Of a stretch of 64,000 nt of DNA, positions 23,835-34,918 are shown one piece after another. Numbering within the stretch: the stretch's first letter is position 1; each line of letters starts with the position of its first letter. Source of the DNA: Carcharhinus amblyrhynchos (taxonomy: Eukaryota); contig OZ336878.1 in NCBI GenBank assembly GCA_965287045.1, positions 42,346,001-42,410,000 of the forward strand, read 5' to 3'. The notes under the pieces were generated by a model. The model was not told the origin of the DNA and did not search any database. It saw only the letters and a list, made by a program, of their open reading frames with translations. Both the position numbers and the translations under genes were made by a program.

Positions 23835-26800
23835 GAAAGGATATTGGAGTGGGAAGAGTGAGGATCCACTTATTGTGGTCCACACTGGGACAAACAACAT
23901 CGGTGAGACTAGGAAAGAGGACCTGTACAGGGACTATCAAGCACTAGGAACTAAATTAAAGAACAGGTTAGAATCTCTGGATTATCATCTGAGCCACGTG
24001 CAAATTGACATAGGGTTGAGAGAATTGGGGAAGTTAACACATGGCTAAAGGAATAGTGCGGGAAAAAGGGGTTCCATTTCATGGGGCATTGGCATCAGTA
24101 TTGGAACAGGAGGGATCTGTACCATTGGGACGGTCTTCACCTGAACCAGTGTTCTAGTGAAAAGGATAAACAGGGTGGTTACAGGAATTTAAACCAGCAA
24201 GTTCGGAGGAAGGGAAGAGTAAAACTACAGGGAATATAATAATTAATAGAAAGCAAGGCAGTAGGTTAGCATGTGGGGAGAAGGTTCCAATTACATTGAA
24301 AATCAGGAAAAAAGTTAAAAGAAGGGAGAGCTCAGGAGATGTTATTAATAGAGGTGTTAAAAGTCAAAAAGAAAATACAAAAACTAGCATAAGGCACTTA
24401 ATCAGAATGCCTGTAGCATTCGAAACAAAGTCCATGAATTGACAACACAAATCATTGCAGATAAGTACGATTTGGTAACCATTGCAGAGCCATGGGTGCA
24501 GGATGGTCATGATTGGGAGTTAAATATCCAGGAGTATCAGACTGTTCAGAAGGACAGACAGGGAAGGTAAGGGAGATGGTGTAGCTCTGATATTTAAGAT
24601 AACATCAGGGCAGCAGTGAGAGATGATATAGATTCTATGGAAAAAAGGTTGAATCCATTTGAGTGGAAATTAGGAATAGTAAGGAGAAAAAGTCGCTTAA
24701 AAGCGTAGTCTATAGGCCACCAAATAATAAGATCACAGTTAGGCCGAGAAATAAACAAGAAAATAACTGATGCATGTAAAACTGGTACAGCAATTATCAT
24801 TGGGGGATTTTAATCTAAATGTCAATTGGTCAAACCAGGTCAGTCAAGGCAGTCTTGAGGAGGAGTTCATACGATGTATTCGCGATAGCTTCCTCAAACA
24901 GTATGTAATGGAACCTATGAGGGAGCAAACTATTCTAGATCTGGTCCTGTGTAATGAGACAGGAATAATTAATGATCTTATAGTTAGGGATCTTCTTGGA
25001 AGGAGCGATCTCAGCATGGTTGAATTTAGAATACAGATGGAGTTTGAGAAGGTAAAATACAATCTTGTGCTTAAACAAAGGAGATTACAATGGAATGAGG
25101 GAGAAGTTGACTAAGGTAGACTGAGAGCAAAAACGTTATTGTGGGACAATTGAGGAATCATGGAGGACTTTCAAAGCGATTTTTCACAGTGCTCAGCAGA
25201 AGTATATACCAGTGATAAGGAAGAACTGTAGAAAAGGAGCTAATCAGCCATGGATATCTAAGGAAATAAAGGAGGGTATCAAATTAAAAGAAAATGCATA
25301 CAAACTGGCAAAGATTAGTGGGAAACTAGAGGAGTGGAAAATCTTTAAAGATCAACAAAAAGTCATAAAAAACACTATAAAGAGAAGTAAAATGGAGTAG
25401 GAGAGTAAACTAGCTCAGAATATAAAAACAGATAGCAATCATTTCTACAAATGTATAAAATGAAAAAGAGTGGCTAAAATAAACATTGGTCCTTTGGGGA
25501 ACGAGAAGGGAGATGTAATAACTGGAAATGAGGAAATAGCTGAGGCATTGAACAGGTATTTTGTGTCGGTCTTTACAGTGGAAGACACAAATAACATGAC
25601 AAAAATTGATGACAAGAGGCTATGGCAGATGAGGACCTAGAAACTATCATTATCATGAGAGAGATAGTATTGGGCAAGTTAACGGGGGCTAAAGATAGAC
25701 AAGTCTCCTGGTCCTCATAGAATGCATCCCAGGGTACTAAAAGAGATGGTGGGAGAAATAGCAAATGCACTAGTGGTAATTTACCAAAATTCGCTGGACT
25801 CTGAGGTGGTTCCCGTAGATTGGAAAACAGCAAATGTGACGCCACTGTTTAAAGAAGGAGATAGACAAAAAGCAGGTAATTATAGGCCAGTTAGCTTAAC
25901 TTCTGTAGTAAGGAAAATACTTGAATCTATCATCAAGGAAGAAATAGCAAGACATCTGGATATAAATTGCCCCATGAGAAGTTGTAGCATGGGTTCATGA
26001 AGGGCAGGTCATATTTGACTAATTTAATGGAATTCTTTGAGAACATTACATGCACAGTGAACAATGGGGAATCTGTGGATATGGTGTATCTGGATTTCCA
26101 GAAGGCATTTGAACAAGGTGCCACACCAAATACTGCTACATAAGATAAAAGTGCATGGTATTACAGGTAATGTATTAGCATGGATAGAGGATTGGTTTAC
26201 TAACAGAAAGCAATGAGTGGGGATAAATGGGTATTTTTCTGGTTGATAATCAGTGACTAGTGGTGTGCCTCGGGGATCAGTGTTGGGGTTATAATTGTTT
26301 ACAATTGACATAGATGATTTGGAGTTGGGGGCCAAGTGTAGTATGTCAAAATTCGCAGATGACTCTAAGATGAGTGACTGAGCAAAGTGTGCAGAGGATG
26401 CTGAAGGGATATAGATAGTCTAAGTGAGTGGACAAGAGTCTGGCAGATGGAATATATGTGTGGTCATCCATTTTGGCAGGAATAACAGCAAAATGGACTA
26501 TTATTTAAATGGTAAAAAATTGCAGCATGCTGCTGTGCAGAGAGACGTGGGTATCTTTTTGTATGAATCATTAAAAAGTTGGTTTGCAGGTGTAGGAGGA
26601 AATTAAGAACGCAAATGGAATTTTGTCCTTCATTGCTAGAGGGATGGAGTTTAAAAACAGAGAGGTTATGTTGCAGCTGTATAAGGTGCTGGTGAGGCCA
26701 CACCTGGAATACTGTTTTTGTCTCCTTACTTGAGAAAGGTAAGGAGAAAGGATCTCCTTACTTGACTGGCACTGGAATGGGTGCAGAGGAGATTCACTAG

Positions 26801-27278
26801 GTTGATTCCAGAGTTGAGAGGGTTGGTTTATGAGGGGAGACTGAGTAGACTGAGGCTATATTCATTGGAATTCAGAAGAATGAGAGGAGATCTTATAGAA
26901 ACATATGAGATTATGAAGGGAATAGGTAAGATAGAAGCAGGGAAGTTGTTTCCACAGGCCGGTGAAATGAGAACTAGGGGGCATGACCTCAAAATAAGGG
27001 GAAGCAGATTTTTAACTGAGTTGAGGAGGAACTTCTTCACACAAAGGGTTGTGAATTTGTGGAATTCCCTGCCCAAAGAAGCAGCTGAGGCTACCTCATT
27101 GAATGTTTTTAAGGCAAGGATAGATACATTTTTGAACAGTAAAGGAATTAAGAGTTATGGTGAATTGGCAGGTAAGTGGAGCTGAGTCCATGAAAAGATT
27201 AGCCATGATCTTATTGAATGGCAGGGCAGACTCGAAGGGCCAGATGGCCTACTCCTGCTCCTAGTTCTTATGTTCTTA
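23835..27278 (+). mobile_element. Near-full-length decayed CR1 LINE (ORF1 SGNH-esterase remnant, ORF2 endonuclease and RT, tail)
   Basis: ORF1 EDPLIVVHTGTNNIG (GxND-type block); EN NACSIRNK, GDFN, ILDLVLCN; RT NYRPVSLTS, LDFQKAF, FADD; tail TTCTTATGTTCTTA; many stops and frameshifts. Confidence 0.92.
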
Positions 27279-27282
27279 AGTT

Positions 27283-27354
27283 GCTCTAGCAGATCAGAAG
27301 CTGCTATTTTGTCGTGAGCTCTAGCAGATCAGAAGCTGCTATTTTGTCGTGAGC
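27283..27354. repeat. 35-bp perfect tandem duplication
   Basis: GCTCTAGCAGATCAGAAGCTGCTATTTTGTCGTGA twice. Confidence 0.95.
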
Positions 27355-27454
27355 ACTCAGTTCCTGTCTCTCCAGAGTATCTACAAAACGAAAGTCAATT
27401 CCAACAACAATCAAAAGATTTGACATCACAAAAGACAAGGTAACCTGCCAGCTC

Positions 27455-27800
27455 AGCACTGGGGAAGCAGTTGTGTAGTGGTATTATTACAGGATTAGTA
27501 ATCCAGTAACCTCTAAGCACCTGGGTTAGAATTCCACCCTGGCAAATGATAATATTGGAATTCAACAAAAATCTGGCAAATTCTAATGATGTCCATGAAA
27601 TCACTGTCGACTGTTGTAAGAACACATTTGATTCACTAATGTCCTTCAGGGAAGGAAATCTGCCATCCTTACCTAGTCTGGCCTAAATGTGACTCCAGAC
27701 CCAAAGCAATGTGCTTCACTTTAAAATATGCCCAGGGATGGGCAATAAATGCTGGCCTAGCCAGCAAAACCCACAGCCCATGAATTAATTAAAAAAAAAC
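27455..27800 (+). mobile_element. tRNA-like SINE with the tail of the second LINE family
   Basis: Head GTGTAGTGGTA..GGATTAGTAATCCAG..GGGTTAGAATTCC; tail GGGCAATAAATGCTGGCCTAGCCAGC..CCCAC..CATGAAT resembles 23440-23490 and 62705-62780. Confidence 0.75.
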
Positions 27801-28011
27801 TGTTGGTAGTTTTTGGCATTGGGATTCAAACAAATTAGAAGAAATTCAAACAAAGTGCTCAATTCTTAGTCTTTCTCATGCATTTTCTTTGAGAAGTACA
27901 TTTTGTCTTTTTTATTAAGCCCCCTAACTTGTGTTTTTTCTCCCTTCTCAATGCTTATTCAATCTCTTTATCCCACCAATCATCTTTTTCCTTCTGCAGT
28001 GCGAAATATTG

Positions 28012-28162
28012 CCAATGCTGGAAATCTGAACTAAAGGCAGAAATTTTTGGAAACATTCAGCAGGTTGAGCAGCATCTTTGGAGAGAAAAACAGGGTTAAC
28101 ATTTCAAACATTAACCCTGTTTCTCTCTCCACAGATGCTGCCTCACTTGCTGACCATTTCTT
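28012..28162. mobile_element. Palindromic Penelope-like terminal-repeat remnant
   Basis: CAGCAGGTTGAGCAGCATCTTTGGAGAGAAAAACAGGGTTAA ... TTAACCCTGTTTCTCTCTCCACAGATGCTGCCTCACTTGCTG; single arms recur at 37210-37335 and 54140-54250. Confidence 0.6.
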
Positions 28163-30821
28163 ATCCATTTATAGCTGATTGTTTTACCAATCAGATTCCA
28201 CAAAAAAACTGATCCTTTTCTGATTGTTGAGATTAGGAGCTACAATAACTGCATGTTTCCATAGAAAACACAGCTGCACTGACGGTTCCTGCCAACACCA
28301 TCTTCAGCCTCTGCAGTTAACCTCCCCGAAAAACTAAAAAGCCGGTTGTTTGCTTCTTTTGTACTTTCTGCAGACGTTCCAGAATTATATTTATGCATGC
28401 ATTTTTTGTCTCCAGGTGGGATAAAGGGAAATTCTATATCTGGAGATTAATTTTAAGTTCTGATTCCATGACATTTACTTTATAACTTTTAAATTCTAAG
28501 AAAAATGACCTAAGTAGCTTATAATAGAAAAAAAATTGACTTGTGCACAATTCAGACTCCTCCTCCACACAAGTTAAAAAATGACTTGCCAAAAGGGATT
28601 TTGTGCAGACGATGTAATTACTAATGTTTACATTTGGCAGTTCTTCTTCTCCCTCACTATTTTAGTTACAGCTTCCTCTTGTATTTATTGTCTCTGATAT
28701 AGTTTTTATATGGCTTGCATAATAGGCTTATAGTTTAAAGTTCCCCCTTTTATCTAATGCATGGACTCCAACTAAGCACATGTGTCAAACATTGCTGAAT
28801 GATCCATCTGAGTGAGGTTAAAGGTTGATGAGTAGAAACTTAGAATAATAAAACCCTTTGGCTTAGTAAATAACTCAGTAATTGCTAACAGTATTATCAC
28901 ACAAGTATATAATTTATAATGAAATTGTATTCTGCAAATCCATGAATAATATGAACAATCATTGATGTCGGTGTAACCATATTAAAATTCCCAGTGTCGT
29001 TAGCTAGCCAAACCTGAATTTTTCATTGTCTTCTGTTAACTGTTACTAACAAGTATATTAATTATTAAAAGGACGTATTAACATTTTCTGAGACTTGCTC
29101 TTTACCAAAAGGAAGTTCCTTTGGCAATACTTAGGCCTTGCACTCTTGAGAATATACTGTAGAATGTCGCTAAGTTTCTGGCAGAATAGCGCATGTCTTC
29201 CTCCCACACTTCAATTGGCTTATTTCTACTCAAGGTCTAGATTGAAATGCATTCAGAACATTTTGGAGTTATGCTTCACGTTACAGACCAGGAGGGAGGC
29301 TGGAGGGAGGATTTAGGATCAGAACATGTGTGAGTACAGATTTTGCAAACATATCTTTCTACTTATTGTCCATGTGTTTTGCAGACCGTTGTATCATGCT
29401 TTTGCTTTGCAAGCACATGTTTAAAAATTAAAATGAAAAACATTTCTGATTGCAGGAATGTTTGTGACTCATTGAAGTTACATGTATTTTAATTCTCCTG
29501 GAACATTTTTAGCACTTTAATATGGAGCAAGTTATTGCTGTTAAATTTACATAAAGAACAGTATGGATACTTTGGAGTGTAATTTTCTTATTATTACATC
29601 TTACAACTCACTTAGCTAATTGCATTCATGATTAATAATTAGTATCATAAAGTCTTGAAGGCCAGATAGATTGCAATGGAGTATAGGAAGCGTCACAACT
29701 ACTATTTTTGAAAACCTAACACAAAATACATAAAGTTATAGCAAAAGATGTTCTCTTTGATATTCAGTTCATATAATCATAGAGATATACTGCACAGAAA
29801 CAAACTTTTGGCCCAACTTGTCCATGCTGACCAGGTTTCCTAAACTGAACAATTCATTTGCCTGCGCTTGGCCCACATCCCTCGAAACCTTTCCCATCCA
29901 TCAGTTTTAAAAATAACTTTCAAGTTGAAATGAGGAGAGATGAACAGAGTTTCTACCATGTTCCTTTGAAAAGAACGCTCCAATTAGTCAATTGAGCAAA
30001 CATGCTGAGTTGCTTGAATCAAAGGAATGAGACTTGATGTGCTACATTCCATCAGGACAGTGGAGGCCCTGATGATGGGCTGGAAATCTGGACTCAACCT
30101 GCCTCAACTATCTGAAGGATTTCTGGCAATTTAGAGCAATCCAGCAACTAATTAGCCTGACTCCCAAGGGCTGCTGGCCAAACAGAGGACTGGAAGATCT
30201 TTATGTTCAACAGTGCAACTGAGAGTGGTGGCCATTACTGGGATTGCACCCAGCTGAGAGGACACAACCCTTGCAACCACAAATACGGTCAGGCTAAGGG
30301 CCCAATTTTACCATTTGGTATCTAAGGGCCGGATCCGGGTGTAATACAGATCCAAGCCCGGAATCCTCCTTGCAGCGCGCCCATATGCTTTTCCGGTCTG
30401 ATCCATGCAGTGGGAGGGGCTTAGCGCTGCCGGAGCAATCGGAGCTCTGAACTGCACATGCGCAGTTTGAAAAAAATCTGAAGTAGCGCGCCCGGGTGGG
30501 AAAGAAAAAGCAGAGAGAGCAGCTCTCCGACACATAGAAGAGTTGGCAATAATTATGCCGGCCCTTGTTAGAGAAAATATTGTTCTAACAATCTGATAAT
30601 ACTATTAAACTCAAAGCTTTTGTTGAAAGATTACATTTGCATCCATTTCAACTGTCTACTTTTGTCTCAGTAATGAATGTGAGCTGCTTGGGTTATTTTG
30701 GACTGATTGTGTCTACTTGCAGGGTTCAAGTGAAAAATAAAATTTGCATTTCTGAGTATCTTTGACCAGTAAAAAGTCTGACAACACCAGGTTTTAGTCC
30801 AACCTATTTATTTGATAATAT

Positions 30822-30861
30822 ACTCACTAGCTTTCGGGGTTACCCCCTTCGTCAGGTGAAT
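30822..30861 (-). ncRNA. Minimal type-I hammerhead ribozyme motif (inverted copy)
   Basis: Exact reverse complement of 31854-31893. Confidence 0.7.
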
Positions 30862-30996
30862 GGAGAGTTCTGGCCTCAGACAGAGCATATAAAGCACAGA
30901 CAGTTTAGAGATTACTGATTACTCATAGATCGGCAGTTCCGATGCGCCACAGCGAAAAACCGCACCGATCTCCTCAGAAGGCAAACACAGGACACA

Positions 30997-31641
30997 GTGG
31001 ACAGAGTACCCTTCGTCGTCCAGTACTTCCCCGGAGCGGAGAAGCTACGACATCTTCTCCGGAGTCTTCAACATATCATTGATGAAGACGAACATCTCGC
31101 CAGGGCCATCCCCACACCCCCACTTCTTGCTTTCAGACAACCACACAACCTCAAACAGACCATTGTTCGCAGCAAACTACCCAGCCTTCAGGAGAACAGT
31201 GACCACAATACCACACAACCCTGTCACAGCAACCTCTGCAAGACATGCCGGATCATCGACATGGATACCATCATCACACGTGAGAATACCATCCACCAGG
31301 TACATGGTAAATACTCTTGCAACTCGGCCAACATTGTCTACCTGATACGTTGCAAGAAAGGATGTCCCGAAGCATGGTACATTGGGGAGACCATGCAGAC
31401 GCTACGACAACGGATGAATGAACATCGCTCGACAGTCACCAGGCAAGACTGTTCCCTTCCTGTTGGCGAACACTTCAGTGGTCACGGGCATTCAGCCTCT
31501 GACCTTCGGGTAAGCATTCTCCAAGGCAGCCTTCACGACACACGACAGCACAGAGTCGCTGAGCAGAGACTGATAGCCAAGTTCCGCACACATGAGGACG
31601 GTCTCAACAGGGATCTTGGGTTCATGTCGCACTATCTGTAA
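30997..31641 (+). CDS. Penelope-like GIY-YIG endonuclease (C-terminal part of the polyprotein; frame open from ~30922)
   Basis: Linker C..xC..C (PCHSNLCKTC), NIVYLIRC...C...WYIGET..TLRQRMNEHR, VGEHF..GH, AEQRLI..F....GLN. Confidence 0.93.
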   Translation: MDRVPFVVQYFPGAEKLRHLLRSLQHIIDEDEHLARAIPTPPLLAFRQPHNLKQTIVRSKLPSLQENSDHNTTQPCHSNLCKTCRIIDMDTIITRENTIHQVHGKYSCNSANIVYLIRCKKGCPEAWYIGETMQTLRQRMNEHRSTVTRQDCSLPVGEHFSGHGHSASDLRVSILQGSLHDTRQHRVAEQRLIAKFRTHEDGLNRDLGFMSHYL

Positions 31642-31853
31642 CCCCCATGACTTGCCTGGGTTTGCAAAACCTCACTTACTGTACTGTTTGGAGACAATAC
31701 ACATCTCTTTAAACTGTGATCAGTGCTCCTTCCACTCACATTATCAGCCACTTCAGGTCTTGAACAGCAGGTTAGGTGTAAGGATTCGCATTTTAATCAG
31801 TAATCTCTAAACTGTCTGTGCTTTATATGCTCTGTCTGAGGCCAGAACTCTCC

Positions 31854-31893
31854 ATTCACCTGACGAAGGGGGTAACCCCGAAAGCTAGTGAGT
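31854..31893 (+). ncRNA. Minimal type-I hammerhead ribozyme motif
   Basis: AUUCAC-CUGACGA-AG-GGGG-UAA-CCCC-GAAA-GC-UA-GUGAGU: stem I, CUGANGA box, stem II, GAAA box, palindromic AGCU in place of stem III, UH site at 31886-31887. Confidence 0.75.
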
Positions 31894-33324
31894 ATATTAT
31901 CAAATAAATAGGTTGGACTAAAACCTGGTGTTGTCAGACTTTTTACTGTGTTTACGCCAGTCCAATGCCGGCATACCCACATCATATCTTTGACCACACA
32001 GAACAAAGTACATTCATATCATTTTGAGTGTCTGTTCATTCCTGCTGTCACAGAGATGTCTCCCCATCAACATATTGTAAAATAAATATATAACAAACCC
32101 AGTACTTGAAGCATATATCCTGAAGCAACAGTTGTTTAGAAGAAATTTCTAGTTCCAGGAATGTCTAGGATATACTTAAACAGTGTCAGAAGTTTAATCT
32201 TTTAGATCAAGTAAATGTATTGATAGTTTATGCAGGAAAATTAGTTGATTAACTTTCTAAAGTGCAACAATATTTTGAAACGAGATGCTTTTTACTGTTA
32301 AAGGATAGGAATTAAAATATTCAATGGTTTAAGTGCCTGGAATGGTTTAAGTCCTCCCCCCCTTCTCCCCTCAACCAGAGACCCACCCTCTTCCTCTCCT
32401 CCACTCCCCAACCAGAGATCCATCTGAGCCCACCCTCTCCTCCGGTGGACACCAGCAGAACGGTGTAAAGCCTGGTTACTTCAGCCATGGCTCCAAGTCT
32501 GTGGCCAGGAGGATGCAGCAGGCTCTCGAAGGACTGAAGATGGCTGAGAAGGATGGTGGAGGGAGGCCACCAAGCGAGGCAGGTTGGAGGTGTGGTCTGC
32601 TGAAGGAGGCCTGCATCCCAGAGGGATCTGATCCGGGGGGTCAGCAGGGAGTGGGATGCTCTGCCAGGAAGTCTGCCTCCCGTCGGGGGGATCTGCCTCC
32701 AGGGAAGAGGTGGTTGGTCTGCTGGGGTGGTTAGCGGGGTGGGTGGGGGTGGGGGGGGGGGGGGGATCTGCCAGGGTGAGTGGGGTGGAGAGATTGCCAG
32801 TGCTGGGGGGCATGGGCTGGATATCGGGGTACTCTGAGAAGGATGGTGGAGAAGGATGGTGGCCGCAGACTGATTTCACAAGGGCAGAGAGAGCTTCGGA
32901 GGTTCCCCTGCAGAAGAGAAATCCACTTCAGATTTTCATTTTGCAGGTCGCTTACAGCGCGGATCCGGAACGGACCAGAAGAAGGTAAAGTGGGATTTGG
33001 TGGTTGAGTTGGGCACAGTTGATCAAATCAATTTAAATGCATGCTAATGTATTTAAATTGTCAGGCTCCCTGATTCGGGCGTGGACCGGATCCGTGCCCG
33101 AATCGGGTGTCGGTAAAATTGCGATTTGCTTGGACGCCTGAATTTACCACAATTTCGTGCCCGAAAAAAGGTGGAAATTGTTGGTAAAATTGGGCCCTAA
33201 GAGACGACTTAGACAGGCTCTGGTGAGGGAGGGTATTAGTAAGGGCAGAGGAGATGGCATCTCAGAGTGCCAAATTAGTAGGTCCCCTCACAACCCAAGG
33301 GAGACAACTAGGATTCACCAGGCT

Positions 33325-33930
33325 CTCGCAAGAATACAAATGGTATGCTGGCCTTCATTGCGAGAGGCTTTGAGTACAGAAGCAGGGATGTGTTGTTGTA
33401 ATTATACAGGGCCTTGGTGAGGCCAAGTCTAGAATATTGTGTACAGTTTTCTCCTTTCCTGAGGAAGGATGTTCTTGCTCTTGAGGGAGTGCAATGAATG
33501 TTTACCAGGCTAATGTCAGGGATGGTGAGACTAACATATGAGGAGAGATTGACTAGATTAGGATTGTTTTTACTGGTGTTCAGATGAATGAGGGAGGGTC
33601 TCATAGAGACTTACAAAATTCTAACAGGACTCGACAGGGTCGATGCAGGAAGGATGGTGGGGGAGTCCAGAACCAGGGGTCACAGTCTGAGGATTTGGAA
33701 TAGAGGAGACATTTCTTCACCCAAAGAGTGGTGAGCCTGTGGAATTCATTACCATAGGAAGCAGTTGATGCCAAAACATTGAATGTATTCAAGAGGCAGC
33801 TAGATACAGCTGTTGGGGTGAATGGGATCAAAGGTTATGGGGAGAAAGCAGGATTGGGCTATTGAGTTGGACAATCAATAATGAATGGTGGAGCAGGCTT
33901 GAAGGACCAAATGACCTCCTAACTTCTATG
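33325..33930 (+). mobile_element. Decayed CR1 3' fragment
   Basis: NGMLAFIARGFEYRSR..., FFTQRVVSLWNSLP, 3'UTR AATGGTGGAGCAGGCTTGAAGG. Confidence 0.85.
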
Positions 33931-34316
33931 TCTCTCTGTTTCTATCTCTCCATGCAATGAAGTGCACACCCACTCCTGGTAAAATAACAGTGGATGAGGG
34001 AGAGACCATAAATTGACCTCTTGAGTGGCACAATTGGTCCCTGGGCATAAGAACCATTCTCCAAATACACCCCACTGGCAGAATATGATAGGAGCAGGAA
34101 GACAATGGTACTCCACCACTACACCCCCATCTTGCCTTCCCTCGCCATTTTACAGGCCACTTGCCTGTTCTAGTAGGCTAGTAAAATCCAGTTGATTTTT
34201 CAATTAAAATTTAGCCTCGCTCCTGATCTCGCAAGAGGGCTGTAAAATTCTAGAGTTTTTCTATCAGGAAAATAGGAGATACAGGCACTTTGCTAAACAC
34301 CAGGCACAAAAACATG

Positions 34317-34918
34317 GGACAGAATTTAACAGGGGTGAGTGGGGATCCTTTAATCAGGCAGGAGGAAGCCAGATAGTGACCTGACACCATCCCACCTCTG
34401 CCCCAATCAAGTCCAGGATGGAAAGGCTTGTCAATAGCCTCCATGCTCCGATGCCAATTGAGGCTGTTAGTGGGCAATCTATGTCCACTTAAGGGCCTCA
34501 CTGGTGGTACGGAACCAACGGTGGTCGGGCAGTTGCCATGTGAGGAGACTGAAAAGCAAACCCTGTTTTGTTTGGTTGCTGGTTCCTGAGTGAGGCCACT
34601 ATTGTCAAACACTGTGAGTTTGCTGAGATCCATCCCCTGCCTCTTCTTCCAAACCTCCTCCTGGGCCTCCGGTGGGTGTAGTATATGACAACTGCCACCA
34701 CTGCCCTAGTACCATTGATGGTAATGAGTGCTGTTGGCCTCTGATTAGCCAGCAGCTCTCAGGGGTGGGATCTCTGCACACTGGGATCGTGATCCTGGGC
34801 AATGCTGACCAGTAACAGCTGACTGACACTTAAAATAGATCTTCCCCACAAGAGGTGACATGTGGTCTTGCCATCTCTCCACCCAGTGGGTGAGACCTAC
34901 CTAGATTAAATTCCACTC
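34317..34918. mobile_element. Old Harbinger-type MITE
   Basis: Degenerate TIRs GGACAGAATTTAA / TTAAATTCCACTC with ATG on both sides; related sequence at ~45180-45710. Confidence 0.45.

Larger units (their letters stand above)
30767..31984 (+). mobile_element. Young 5'-truncated Penelope-like retroelement with inverted partial pseudo-LTR
   Basis: GIY-YIG ORF; 155-bp inverted repeat 30767-30921 / 31794-31948; TSD TATCTTTGACCA at 30757-30768 and 31985-31996. Confidence 0.95.
30298..33197. mobile_element. Non-autonomous PIF/Harbinger-type DNA element carrying a nested Penelope-like element
   Basis: Perfect 16-bp TIRs GGGCCCAATTTTACCA (30298-30313) / TGGTAAAATTGGGCCC (33182-33197); TAA on both sides (30295-30297, 33198-33200); CpG-rich arms. 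Confidence 0.85.

Noticed and set aside
32481-33007. Several overlapping Pro/Gly-rich ORFs and long G-runs
   Set aside because: Low-complexity GC-rich arm of the Harbinger-type element; such ORFs are expected by chance and the G-run length may be unreliable
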